DNA of 64,000 nt from assembly GCF_006345805.1 (NCBI RefSeq), contig NC_042998.1:95046001-95110000 (forward strand). Reading direction: 5' to 3'. The notes beneath the pieces were generated by a model, which had not been told where the DNA came from, searched no databases, and was given only the letters and a program-made list of their open reading frames with translations. Shown here one piece after another: positions 11,447 through 25,249 of the stretch (positions are counted from its first letter, which is position 1; each line of letters starts with the position of its first letter). This stretch comes from Octopus sinensis (Eukaryota). The translations under genes and the position numbers were made by a program.

Positions 11447-14400
11447 GTTATTGTTATTATTATTATTAGTAGTAGTAGTAGTACTACTACTACTATTATT
11501 ATTATTATTCAGGTCACTGCCTGGAAACAAATCGAATTCTGAGTAATAATAATAATAACATCGAAAAATACCTTAGGAATGAGAACCCAAGTTCGAAATT
11601 TCCCCAAGACACCTGATGAAGGCTGGAGGGTGTATCAGCCGAAACGTTGTGTTAACAACAAACAAGATGAGGACAAATATCTGTCAAATGTAAATAATGT
11701 TCTCATCTCTTAAATAAAGAACTTTTATCTGTTACATGTAATGCTAATAAGATACATTAACATTAATGTTTATACTTGTATTTTGTATTCAAAATGGAAG
11801 GTCATTGCCCATAATCTAAAGGAATATCTTAAACCAAACAGGTAAAATGAAAGATAATAACTGGTTTGGCTGAATGGAAACTTAAGAATTTAAAGGTTTT
11901 TGAAGAAATATACAGGAAGGAGAAGAGTTCTCTGCTGATTTTTGAACATTTAATACAGAAGTTAGATTTGAGATTAATTCTTACTTTGCTAATAGCTAAT
12001 TGTAGCTTCTCTTTGAGTGGGTTTTCTTCGTCCATATGCCGACATTGTGATCCCAGGTAATAAATAACAGGTGAACAATGATTCATTCGCTTAGCAAGTA
12101 TCTCACCCCATATCATTTCTTTATGTTTGTCTGACCAAAAATGAGGTGAAAGGAACCATTTAGGGTACATGTACCTAATCAAAGAAAAAAATATATTGAA
12201 ATATATATGTGTCTGTGTGTAAATCATCATCAACATCATCATATTTTCAATCCCTCCATATTAGACCCCATTCAGTAGAGGAGGTCTTGCTTTGTGGGTA
12301 CTTGGTGACCTCACCAGTGCTGGTACCATGGGAAAAGCACTCAGTACACTCTATGAAGTGGTTGGCATTAGGAAAGGCTTCCAGCTGCAGAAACCATGCC
12401 AAAGCAGAGTTTGGAATTTGGTGTAGCCCTCTGGCTCATCAGTTTATTTTGAATCTTCCATCTCATGCCAGCATGGAAAAAGGGACATTACCTCATGATG
12501 ATGATGATGATGATGGTGATGATATGTCTGTGCATGTGTGTAGAAGTAAAAATATTTGTTATTGAAAGAATGTAACATATACATTAAAAAGACATAGTTG
12601 CGACAAATAAACAGAAAAGATTTAGCCTTGACAAGTGAGCAAATTATATAATTTCAAATTTCAGTTGATTAAAAGCTTTTTGATCTCTTCTAACGGTGTC
12701 CATTCTAATTATGTTTGACACAAATGACAACAATATGAAGATTAAGTAAACTATTGACATGTACATAGTTTTTATACAATATGGTAAATCATTCCTAGAG
12801 CAACTAGAAATACTCTGTCAAACTACAATTTTAAGAAATACGTCTGTCAAATGGTAACGCAGGTGTCCCAAGGCGAGCTCAGTGTGGACGGAAACCACAT
12901 GTCGAGCAAAAGGGCAAAAGCTCGCTTGATCTTGATTTTCACTGAATATCATATAGTTTACCATTTCAAATCTTAATAAAAAGAATTCACTCTAAAGAAG
13001 AGCTGACAGAATCTTTAAAATATTTCTAAAAGTAAATAACACTTTGCAGTACATTTTCTGGCGTTTAACATTCTGAGTTCAAATCCTACCATGGTCAACT
13101 CTGCCTTTCACCTTTTTAAAGTCAATAAAATATAGTACCAGCCCACAAACTAAGTATTGCATTGCCTAGTATCAGTTGATCGATGTATGCTTAGTGAGAT
13201 CTTCCTCTGGATTATTATTCTATGAGTAGTCTTTCACAGTGTGGAGGTGCATGGCTGAGTGATTAGTGTGTCGGACTAACAATTGTAAGACTATGGTTTC
13301 AATTCCTGGACCAGGCGATGTGTTGTGTCCTTGAGCAACACATTTCATTTCATGCCGCTCCAGTCCACACAGCTCACAGAAATGAGTAATCCTGCCACAG
13401 ACTAGCATCCCATCCAAGAAGGAATATACACACCAGAGAAACTAGGAAACCAAACCTATGCTTCTTACAAAGTAATGTAGACTAACCAGCCTTTCATAAC
13501 AATAACTGACATACTACCTCATCTTTCCTACTTCAACAGTGACTAATAAAGCTTAATTTTTGTTGACATAATGTTGCTTTTATTAGAGATAGACTGCCAT
13601 TAGTGTTCTGTTTTCTCCCTGACAATCAGTTTTGTAAGGCTTTTATCAGTGTCCATGTTTCAGAACCATCTACAGTTGCTCAGAAGAATCTAAGTTTAGA
13701 TTACAATTTAGATTTGATTTGCTTTTATAATGTGAACTTAAAGCAATAAAATGTAAATCAATCTAAACTTTGGAACAATCCCACTTTTATAATGGTCATA
13801 TTGATTGTTTTAAGTTTTTAAAATCAGAATAAAACAATTATTGAGTAACACTTACGCGATAGGAAATACAACATAGTTAGCAAAGGGCAAAGCTGAGATT
13901 ATCAAAGTCGGAGACACCTTCCATACATCTTTTGGATACTGAAGATAAACAAATTTATAAAATCATGAAACATTAGAAACTTTAAGGAGATACAACAACA
14001 ACAGCAACTGCTACTGAAATGACAGTCTATACAATAACATTTAGTGAAATATGGGTCAAAAGTTAATTCTTTTTTGCTACCAGGGATAATTTGTGAGGAA
14101 CTGGCAAACCCTGAACAGTTAATTGACTTAAAAAGCAGTAAGGCTAGTGGATAACTGTGATTATCCACCATAGCACTGTAACAGTGCTTGGCCAATCCAA
14201 TTGGTGTAGAGATGGTGGTAGTTTGATAAAGGTTGGGTCTGGAGGTGAGAAGGCCCTCAAAAGTGTTAGGGAAGTTTTTGTGTTGATGATGGATATGAGC
14301 TGGTATCAAAACTAATTACTGTAGAAGTTCAGAATTTTAAAAGATTTGGCTATTGTATTGGAAAAATGTGAGAGTTGAGAAAAGTTGTTGACATTGAAAT

Positions 14401-15612
14401 CACAAAGAACAATGACTTTCAACAGGAGTGAATTGAGTGAGATTTCCTCAATGCAGGGTGTTCATTAGAGGTGTTTGGAGAACGGTAGAGGCAGTAAAAG
14501 AATGTACAGGAGCAAGGGAAGGATATTTTCGAGCCAGAGTAACTAGAAATCTTTATAGCTGATAACCAGATGAAAGAGATGACAGGTTGGGAAAGTGGAT
14601 TCTGTATATATATAGTCACTACACCTTTCAGAGTTAAGTTGTAGACTGGACAGTAGATATGGGTTACAGGTAAGGGATGAAAAGACAGGATTTGAGATCG
14701 AGTGTGTTACAAAGTGGTGACAGGTTCATAATGATGAAGGAATGACTATGCAGAGTAATTCAAATTCAAGAAACATTGAAAATGGATGATAAAACTACAA
14801 ACAATTGATCAAGCTGGGCAGATTACTCAGAATGAATGGAAACAACATAGAGTATTGAGGCTTCTTTCACTTTATGGGTTATAAGACAACTTCACTAGTA
14901 CTGGCAATACAACAAGATGTACCTCTGTTAAGTGGTCAGTGAGAGACAGTCTAAGGTCAAGTGGATGTTTTTAGTCCTGTAATGAACATGATAACCTTTT
15001 AAATGCTGATATTACAATAAAATTAACCCAATATACTCTGTGACATAGTAAAGTTCATGAAGGGTATCCAGCTGCAGATACCAAGCTCAAAATAGAACAT
15101 ATGGGTGAGACATGGTTCCCCCAACTTATCAAGGAAGACAGCAACTCTGAAAAAGAACTGTTCTGAATCTTGATGAACAACAAGCATAAAAGAATGACAA
15201 TAATGATGTTTATGTGCCAGCCCCTCTTCATTAACCAGACAGCATTAATTCTTTACAAAAGCACAAAGTTATAGATTTATAGAAGAGAACTGTAACTGTG
15301 ACACCTCCATCTTTTTTGTGGGTATTTACAATATATGTGATGTGGCTGTAACTAAAAGTCAAAAACAAGATTGTATCTCTTTTACTCTGTACTCTTTTAC
15401 TTGTTTCAGTCATTAGACTGCAGCCAAGCTAGAGCACTGCATTTAGTCGAGCAAATCGACCTCAGGACTTATTCTTTGTTAGCCTAGTACTTATTCTATC
15501 AGTCTCTTTTGCCGAACCACTAAGTTACGGGGACATAAACATACCAGCATCGGTTGTCAAGTGATGTTGGGGGGACAAACACAGACACACAAACATATAC
15601 ACACAGATACAG

Positions 15613-15653
<41 letters not shown>

Positions 15654-18600
15654 CACACATATATACGATGGGCTTCTTTCAGTTTCTATCTACCAAATTC
15701 ACTCACGGGGCTTTGGTCGGCCCGAGGCTATAGTAGAAGACACTTGCTCAAGGTGCAACGCAGTGGGACTGAACCCGGAACCATGTGGTTGGTAAGCAAC
15801 CTACTTACCACACTGCCACTCCTGCACCTATATATTCAATTTATTTGATCTTTACAAACGTCAACATTGATATTCTTGTTTATAACAAGACAAAAAGATG
15901 ATTAAATTGTTTGTGACTTATATACTCACTTGTTTATAAATTTCAAGTTCCTTGCGTGAAAAACAGTTTAGACTTTTACCTGTCCACAACTCCGTAGTGA
16001 CATTATAATACATTCTGGTGTCAGCAATAAAATCGCGGATACCTGAAAAAGTAAAGCCATGTGAGTTAATTTATTTTTACTGGGATAGAAGAAACAGTTA
16101 TAATTTACTTGAAGAAAAATCACAAGTTACAAAGAATTCCACCAAAAACACACACTGTGGTGTATGGGTGAATAATAGGGGATTAAATAATAAAAAAAGT
16201 AGTATATTGCGGGGGGAGCAGAAGATGAATAAAAATTATTTACATCAACAAAATAAAGTTGTTTTTGTCTTTTATGTGACATTAGCACTAGTGAGGGAAA
16301 AAGTTCCACTCAGCTGAGTGGAGTGGAGGGGCAGCCTTTTCCTCTCTGTTGCAAGTTACTTTGCAATCTCACTAGAGCCAAAAATCATGAAAAAAACATC
16401 CAATACACACTGTAATATAGTTGGCATCAAGAAGAGCACCCAGGTGTAGAAATGATGCCAAAGTTGACACTGAGACCAGACACAGCTCTGTAGCTCATTG
16501 GATCCAAAATAGCATTGGTGACACTATTAAGGTGGCAAGCTGGCAGAATCATTTTGACAGAGTTTGACAGTTTGACAGAGTATGCTAGGCAAAATGCTAA
16601 GAAGCATTTTGCCTGTCTTTACAATCTGAGTTCAAATTCTGTGGAGATTGACTTTGCCTCACATCCTTTTGGGGGTCCATAAAAACAGTACCCGTTGTGC
16701 ACTGGGGGTCGATGTAATCGACTTGCCCACCTCCCCTAAAATTGCTGTTCTTGTGCCAAAATTTTAAATCAATATTGGTGACAATGTTAATGACCAATGG
16801 TCAAGTAGTAATATGTTTCTAACTCAGAGAGGAAGTAGGAACTTAAAAGGCTTACCAACTTTAAACATCCGGTAGACTTCAAACACTTTTGGATATCGTT
16901 TTTCTAAGAATCTTTCATATGATTCTGCAAAACGTACACAATTATCAACAAGATAACGCTTCAGTTTTCCAGGAGGACTGACTGTGTCTGGAGGATGAGG
17001 CTGATGATACCTGACAAATAAAATAGATTTTTAAAAGATTTTAAATACTGTTTTGTTATAACACTGTTATTGTTCCTTTTCATGATTAAATATCTTTGTT
17101 TGCGTGAAAGTAAACCAAATAAGATTGAAGTATCTTTTAGTTTGTTTTGTTTTTTTGTTTTTTTTAGTCATGCTGAAGCCCTGACTTGAAGAAGTTTTAG
17201 TCAAATGAATCAACCCTTGTACTAATTTATATTTTTTAAGCCTGGTACTTATTCTGTCTGAGTTTTTTTTATGAACTGCTAAGTTACAGTGACATGAACT
17301 CACTAATACCAATTGTTAAGCAGTGAGAGAAATGCTGGACATAAGAAGCATCAGATGTGGCATGCAAGAGAGACATTTGCGCTGGTATGGTCATGTACTA
17401 CGGTGGATGAGGAGAGATGTGTGAAGAAGTGCCACTCCCAAACAGTTGAAGGAATCCAGAGTAGAGGTAGACCCAGGAAGACATGGGATGAGGTGATCAA
17501 GCATGACCTTTGAATGCTGGGCCTCTCAGAGGCAATGACAAAAGACCGGGACCACTGGAGATATGCTGTGACTGCGAAGACCTGATAAATAATGTGAGTT
17601 CATGGCTGTTTCCTGCACCAGCTTCACATAGCAGCCCCAGCCCATCCAAAGTACCTTGGATCGCAGGACGGCCTGTTGTGCTTACCTTGGATCGTAGGGC
17701 AACCTGCTGTGCTCGAGGAGACCTATTGAGTCAAGTACATCAACAGCAAAATAAAAATCAAATGGAAATAGTAGTTGTGATACCCATGCCGGTGGCATGT
17801 AAAAGGCACTCACTACACTCACAGAATGGTTGGTGTTAGGAAGGGCATCCAGTGGTAAAAACACTGCCAGATCAGACTGGAGTCTGGTGCAGCCTCCTGG
17901 CTCCCCAGACTCCAGTCAAACCGTCCAACCCATGCTAGCATGGAAAATGGACGTTAAATGACAATGATGATGGTGGGGGACAAATATAGACACAAAGGCG
18001 CACACACACACACAGATATATATATATCAATATCATCATCATTTAACGTCCGCTTTCCATGCTAGCATGGGTTGGACAGCTTGACTGAGGTCTGGAGAGC
18101 CAATGGCTGCACCAGGCTCCAATCTGATCTGTTAAAGTTTCTACAACTGGATGCCCTTCCTAACGCCAACCACTCCAAGAGTGTAGTGGGTGCTTTTATG
18201 TGCCACCAGCACAAGGGCCAGTGAGGTGGTTCTGGTGACAACCATGCTCAAAAGGTGTTTTTTACGTGCCACCTGCACGGGAGCCAGTCCAGCAGCACTT
18301 GCAATGACCATGCTCGAATGTTGTTTTTCACGTGCCACCAGCACATGTGCCAGTAAGGCGACACTGGCAATGATCATGCATGAATGGTACTTTTTACATG
18401 TCACCGGCATTGCAACGATCACGCTCAGATGGTGCTTTCAACATTCCACTGGCGCGAGTGCCAATCAGGCGGTACTGTCATAGGCCACGTTAGCGATTTT
18501 GATTTTGATTTACACTTGCCTCAACAGGTCTTCACAATCAAAGTTTATTGTCCAAGTGGGCTGGTTACACCCACTGGCATAGGCCAGCGGTTATGATTTC

Positions 18601-21600
18601 ACTTGGCTTGTAGAGTCTGCTCAAGCACAGCATATCTCAGTCACTAGTCATTGCCTTGGTAAGGTCCAATGTTCGATGGTCGTGCTTCACCACCTCATCT
18701 CATGTCTTCCTGGGTCTACCTCTTCCACAAGTTCCCTCAACCGCTAGGGCATAACACTTTATTACACAGCTGCCCTCATTCATTCGCAACACATGACCAT
18801 ACCAATGCAGTTGTCTCTCTTGCACACCACATCCGATGCTTCTTAAATCCAATATTTCTCTCAGGGTGCTTACACTCTGTCATATATGCACACTGACATT
18901 ACACATCCAGCGAAGCATACTGGCTTCATTCCTTGCAAGCTTATGCATGTCCTCAGCAGACACAGCCCATGTTTCACTGCCATGTAGCATGGCTGTTCAT
19001 ACACATGCGTCATGCAGTCTACCTTTCACTTTGAGCAAGAGGCCTTTTGTCACCAGCAGAGGTAGGAGCTCTCTGAACTTTGCCCAGGCTATTCTTATTC
19101 TAGCAGCTACACATTCAGAGCATCCACTCCTGCTACTGACCTGATAACCTAGGTAATGGAAGCTATCAACTACTTCTAGTTTTTCTCCCTGGAATGTGAC
19201 AGAAGCTGTTCTCTGCACATTTTCAGTGTTTATAGCACCTGAGCATTTGCTACATACAAAAACTATCTTCCCAGTTAGCCTTCCTTTGATATTGCTGCAC
19301 CTCTTATGTGTCCATAGCTTATAGAGTTTCTACCTACGCCTTTTCTACAGATCGAGCAGGGTCATCAACCTGAAGGGATTTGTGGTTTGTCTGCCTTCCT
19401 ACTTATTAAGACTTTGGTTTCAGCTAGGTTGACTCTAAGATCCTTCGATTCTAATCCTTGCTTCCACACCTGAAACTTCTTCTCTAGTTCTGATAGTGAC
19501 TCAGCAATTAGAGCAAGGTCTGTTATTGTCTGGAGGATTATGATGAATAAGAGGGGGCTAGGGGGCTGAGGACTGATCCTTGGTGGACCCCTACGACTAC
19601 CCGGAATTCTTCATTATACTTGTTGCCAAACCTTACTAACAGCATCCCTGTACAAGGCTTGCACAGCTTTCACTATATATATATATATATGTATATATAC
19701 GTCTATATGAGTTTGGGGTTAAACAACCATCTAAGGGATAATAAATATCCTATATACTGCTGTAAGGCAATAGCACAATTGAATAATAGGTACAAGTAGG
19801 GGTAAACAGAAATTTATCCAGAATTTATAAGGCAAAGAAGAAAACAGAGAAGATAATTAGTTGACAAGTATCAGCTTACAAAAACATCAATTAGATCTAT
19901 TTATTAATTACAGTCATATGGATAAATAAATAAATAAAAATAAGAATAGATATATATATATATATATCACTGTGACGGTGCGTGGCTTAATGGTTAAGGC
20001 ATTCGGCTCATGATTGTAAGGTTGTGAGTTCAATTCCCAGCAACATGTTGTGTCCTTGAGCAAGACGCTTTATTTCAAGTTGCTCCAGTCCACTCAGTTG
20101 GTGAAAATGAGTAGTACCTGTATTTCAAAGGGCCAGCTGTGTCGCATTCTGTTCCATGCTGAATCTCCTTGAGAGCTATGTGAAGGGTACACATGTCTGT
20201 GGAGTGTTCAGCCACTTGTGCGTTAATTTCACGAGCTAGCTGTTCCATTGATCGTTTCAGCTGGGACCCTCATAGTCGTAACCGACGGAGTGCTCCTACT
20301 CTATGTATGACAAGCTTTTTTCACTTTGCATCTACCAAATCCACACACTGAGGCACTTGCTTAAGCTGCCACATAGTCAGACTGAACCCAGAACCATGTG
20401 GTTGGGAAGCAAGCTGCTTACCACACAGTCATACCTGCATCTATAGTAATAAGTTTATTTTTAATTAGACAGACAGTAATTAAAATAAGGTGTTCTTTAC
20501 AAGTATTTTTCCTAGCTCACATTTTGTCTGGTTCACAGTAATTGCTGCAGTAGCAAATTGACATTTTCTATGACATAAAGTAAAACTCTCACCAACAGAC
20601 GGTTATTTTTTTTAATTTTACACCTTGTTGGAACTGTGCCATAATTCAAGAATTATCTTGTCATTTTCCTCGAGTAAAACTTTCATTTGACTATCAGTAG
20701 CAACAATTTAACTTCATACAGAATATATTAAAATAAACAATAAATGAAGTAAACTTTATTAAAAAATGTACAACTTCTCTTCTATTTTTAGTTCTTAAAA
20801 GAGAAAAAAAAGACCACTCATTTTCCCTAATATCTGCAAAGTAAGGATTAGTAACAACAATAATTCAAAGTATTAAAATTCCAAAGACAGCAATTTCAAA
20901 GCAGTATTTGAATAGAGAACTAAGCTTGGGTTTATTCAATAGCAAGAGTCTATATTGCACTACTTTGTGAAGTCTTCTCACCTAGCCTTTCTTTGTTACA
21001 CAGCTCTCTTAATTAACTCCATATGAATAAAAGTAATTTGTTGAGTAATAGAAACCATCTTGCTATTCAGAAAATAAGAATATAGAACCTAGGCTTCTTT
21101 AGTATAGCTTCTAATTAATTCTAATTCTAAATTAGTAAGAGAAAGTATTAAGTTTATCTAACTTCATTAACTCTGAAGCAGGTAAAGCAATACTCACACA
21201 AATTAAAACAGAAAGCTAATTCTGTAGACATGGTGAAAGCAGCTTCGTGTCACAAACAACTGAACAGCACTAAGTCATTGAGTGGTTACAAACTCCATAT
21301 ACTACACATAATTCAATATTTTATCACTTACCCAGTACACTATTACTTTTATTAATCCTGGGTGATGAAAGCTACTAGACAGTCTCTCGACACTAATTCC
21401 ACTTACTTGTGTGTTGTTCTGCTCTGTTAATTTTCTATTCATTATTACTAAACTGGTCCAAAATTATTCAATCTATGCAATGACCAGATTATTTAATCAG
21501 AATTTAACAGAAAACGGGTATCAAGATGCAGAAAACAAACATTAGGCAAATACTGAGATGCAGGTGCAGGAATTCAGTTTAATTTAAAGATTGTTCTAGA

Positions 21601-22281
21601 ATAATTTTAAAGAAGTCTTTAAATACCAATTGCCTGTTGAAAGGGTCTGACAAATAATTAAAAGCATAACACAATGTTGGTGTCAATATTATCTATAAAA
21701 ATAAGGCGGTGAGCTTAGTGGTATTTTGTCTGTCTTTACATTCTGAGTTAAAATTCCACCAAGGTCAACTTTGCCTTTCATCTTTCCGGGGTCGAGAAAT
21801 TAAGTACCAGTTGTGTACTGGGTCAATCTAATCGGCTGCACCTCCCCACCCCCAAAGTTTCAATTTTGTGCCTAGAGTAGAAAAGAATATTATCTATAAA
21901 AATACATGAGAAAATTGATTGCCAGAATTAAAAGAGTATCTCCTCTGCTTGCAATATTAGGTTAGAACCCAAGAATATGATACTAGAATTTCACCAATTT
22001 TAATATCCATATCTAAAATTAAAAATTTTTTCTTTCTTTTTGCTTAATGTCCATTTCTTCCATCCTCGCATGGGTTAAACAGGGAGTTGTTTGAGGCAAG
22101 AGTCAGCAGTCTGATACTTGTCCCAATTCTTGTTTTTCAAGTAAGAGATTTCTTTTATTCCAAAGAAATAATAACTGTTTTATAGCTCAGCCACAAACAA
22201 TGATGTTTGTAAAGATTCACACCATCACATACACACACATATATATATACAAACACACGTACACATATATATATGTATATG

Positions 22282-22318
<37 letters not shown>

Positions 22319-22411
22319 ACGTGTGTTTGTATATATGCACACATATATATATATACACACACACACATATACTTATATATATATATATATACAAACACAC
22401 GTACACATATA

Positions 22412-22460
<49 letters not shown>

Positions 22461-23014
22461 TATATATACACACATATACATATATGTATATTTATGTGTA
22501 TGTATATATATATATATATATACATGCACACATGCATTTTTGTGTGTGAGTGTGTGTATGCATGCAAGTATGTATGTGTGCATACACATGTGTGTATGTT
22601 AAAAAAAATATTCTATAAGTATAAATTGTTATTGAAGAAGACCTGGATTAGGTGGGAACTCACAATAGGTGTGGAAAGAGAGCATTGAATGGGTCTGAAG
22701 GAAACTTTGGCAAACTCAAGCAGGCAGCTGCTGATGAAATATCAGAGAAAACTTAATAATAGATTAGTTTGTAGGTGAGTAAAAGATTGCCTGCTGGTCT
22801 GATACATCTTGAATAAAGTACAAAGTGTGTGTGTGCGCATTTTTTCTGGTGCAGGCATGGGTGTTTGCCTTCCAACCACGTGGCTCCAGGTTCAGTTCCA
22901 CTGTGAGGCCCCTTAGGCAAGTACCTTCTACTGAAGCCTCAGGCCAACCAAAGCCTTGTCAGTAGATTTGGTAGACAAAAACTGAATGAAGCCCATCACA
23001 TACATACATATATA

Positions 23015-23049
<35 letters not shown>

Positions 23050-25216
23050 GTTATATATATATGGGTTATCCCATAAATAATGCGGGTTTTTTTATACTTC
23101 TTTCATTTTTCAAAATTAAGATAAAGTGCTTTTTTAATATAAAACATACTCTCCTTCATTTTCTACAATGCACTCCCATCTATCTGGTAGATTTGCAAGG
23201 CCTCTCTTCCCAAATTCACTTGTCTGTGACAAAAAGTACTCCTCCAGTACTGTTCTGACCTCAGCTACAGAATTCATATGTTTTCTGTCCAAATGATTTT
23301 GAAGAATGCGAAATAAATGTAATCCGATGGGTCCCTGTCCAGTGAATATGGCAGGTGGGGCATCGTTTCCCATTCAAACTGCTCCACCCTTTGGAATGTT
23401 ATCCTCACTGTATGTGGCCAAGCATCATCCTGACGGAAGAACACCTTTCACTTTGAAACCAAAGATGGTCATTTTTCTTCTAGTGCTGACTTAAGCTGCT
23501 CACAGTAGATCTCCATTGATACTGTTTGGCTTATGTTTAAAAGTTCAAAGTGGACTAAACCTTTCATATCCCACCAAAACAAATAACAACACTTTATGTG
23601 GATGAAGACCTTCTTTAGCCTGGGTGCTAGTCGTTCTCCTTTCCCTAACCACTGCCTTTGGGACATTTTTGTAGAGAACTCCTTTCTCGCCACCAGTCAC
23701 TATTTGGTCCAAAAAAGGTTCATTTCATGTCTGATCTCCATATACTGCATTAATATTCCTCACACTTTCTGTTGCATTGTTGCCTTTATTGAACTCATAA
23801 ATCAAAATATGCTTAATATGCTCCTTTGTCACTTCCATTATAGCTTTGAAAAATACTGTTAAAATCAAGCTGCATGCTGCAAAACTTGCACTAAGAATAA
23901 GGACAATGTAAAATTACTACCTGCTTTTATAGCAAGTTGATGCAGGTAGTTTATCCTGTCCCCTTCTGATTTTATTAATGGGATAACCAAATATATATAT
24001 TTATAGAAATCAAAACAAATCAAATCAAATCAAATCAAAACAAATCAAAATAGATGAACATTAATGGAATTGTATCTTTGTGGTACCAGTGCCGGTGGCA
24101 CACAAGAAATCCATCCGAACGTGGCCGTAGCCAGTACCGCACCGACTGGCCTCCGTGCTGTGGGCACGTAACAAACACCATCCGATCGTGGCCGTTCGCC
24201 AGCCTCATCTGGCACCTGTGTCGGTGGCACATAAAAACACCATCCGAAGACCCGGCAAGACTAGTCAGGCCATAACCTGTGGCCCCTACCTGGGACGTAA
24301 TCAGTCCACCTGTGCATACCTTCCTTCTTGTGACACTTGTGAAGACCTGTTGAGGCAACTGAAAATCAAAACAAATCAAAATAGATGAACATCAATGGAA
24401 TTTGTATCTTTGTGGTACCAGTGCCGGTGGCACGTGGCACACAAGAAAACCATCCGAACGTGGCCGTAGCCAGTACCGCATCGACTGGCCTCCGTGCTGT
24501 GGGCACGTAACAAACACCATCCGATCGTGGCCGTTTGCCAGCCTCATCTGGCACCTGTGTCGGTGGCACATAAAGACACCATCCGAGCGTGGCCGTCTGC
24601 CAGCCTCGTCTGGCACCTGTGTCGGTGGCATATAAAAAACACCATCCGAGCGTGGCCGTTTGCCAGCCTCGTCTGGCACCTGTGTCGGTGGCACATAAAA
24701 TCACCCACTACACTCTCGGAGTGGTTGGCGTTAGGAAGGGCATCCAGCTGTAGAAACACTGCCAGATCTGACTGGACTGGTGCATCTTTCGGGCTCCCCA
24801 GACCCCAGTTGAACCGTCCAACCCATGCTAGCATGGAAAGCGGACGTTAAATGATGATGATGATGATGATGAAGTGTGCATATATGTGTGTTTGTGCTTT
24901 TTCCCCACCACTACTTGACAACCAGTGTTATTTTGTTGATGTTCCCATAACTTAGTCATCTAGCAAAAAGTGACTTATAAAAATAAGCACCAAGCTTAAA
25001 AAAAAAGAGGGACTGGGGGCCAAATCGTTTGACAAGATAATCTTCAAACAGGTGCCTTGACAAGGCTGCAATCTACTGACTGAAACAAGTAAAAGAATAT
25101 ATTACCATCTGCTCTCATAGTAAATGTATATACATTGTTGATAGTTATGATGATGTGGTAGTGTTTGTCTGAGAGTGAATCTCTTCATAAATATGATGTG
25201 TTAAAGACACAATATA

Positions 25217-25249
<33 letters not shown>

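Larger units (their letters stand above)
11288..11676. mobile_element. Head-to-head foldback pair of the hammerhead-bearing element in LETMD1 intron 5
   Basis: Arms of about 125 bp (11288-11420 and 11546-11676) with about 5 mismatches; spacer has (ATT)n/(AGT)n and a remnant of the tRNA-head end (caggtcactgcctggaa). Confidence 0.85.

Noticed and set aside
22155-22688. Multiple long ORFs rich in Y/I/C/V
   Set aside because: Translations of (TA)n/(CA)n microsatellites; the same applies to ORFs at 11.3-11.5, 43.5-43.8, 49.6, 51.5-51.8 and 54.1 kb.
24033-24872. CRISPR-like repeat-spacer array
   Set aside because: Eukaryotic context, spacers are homologous to each other, no cas genes, and the array is embedded in a LINE 3' UTR.
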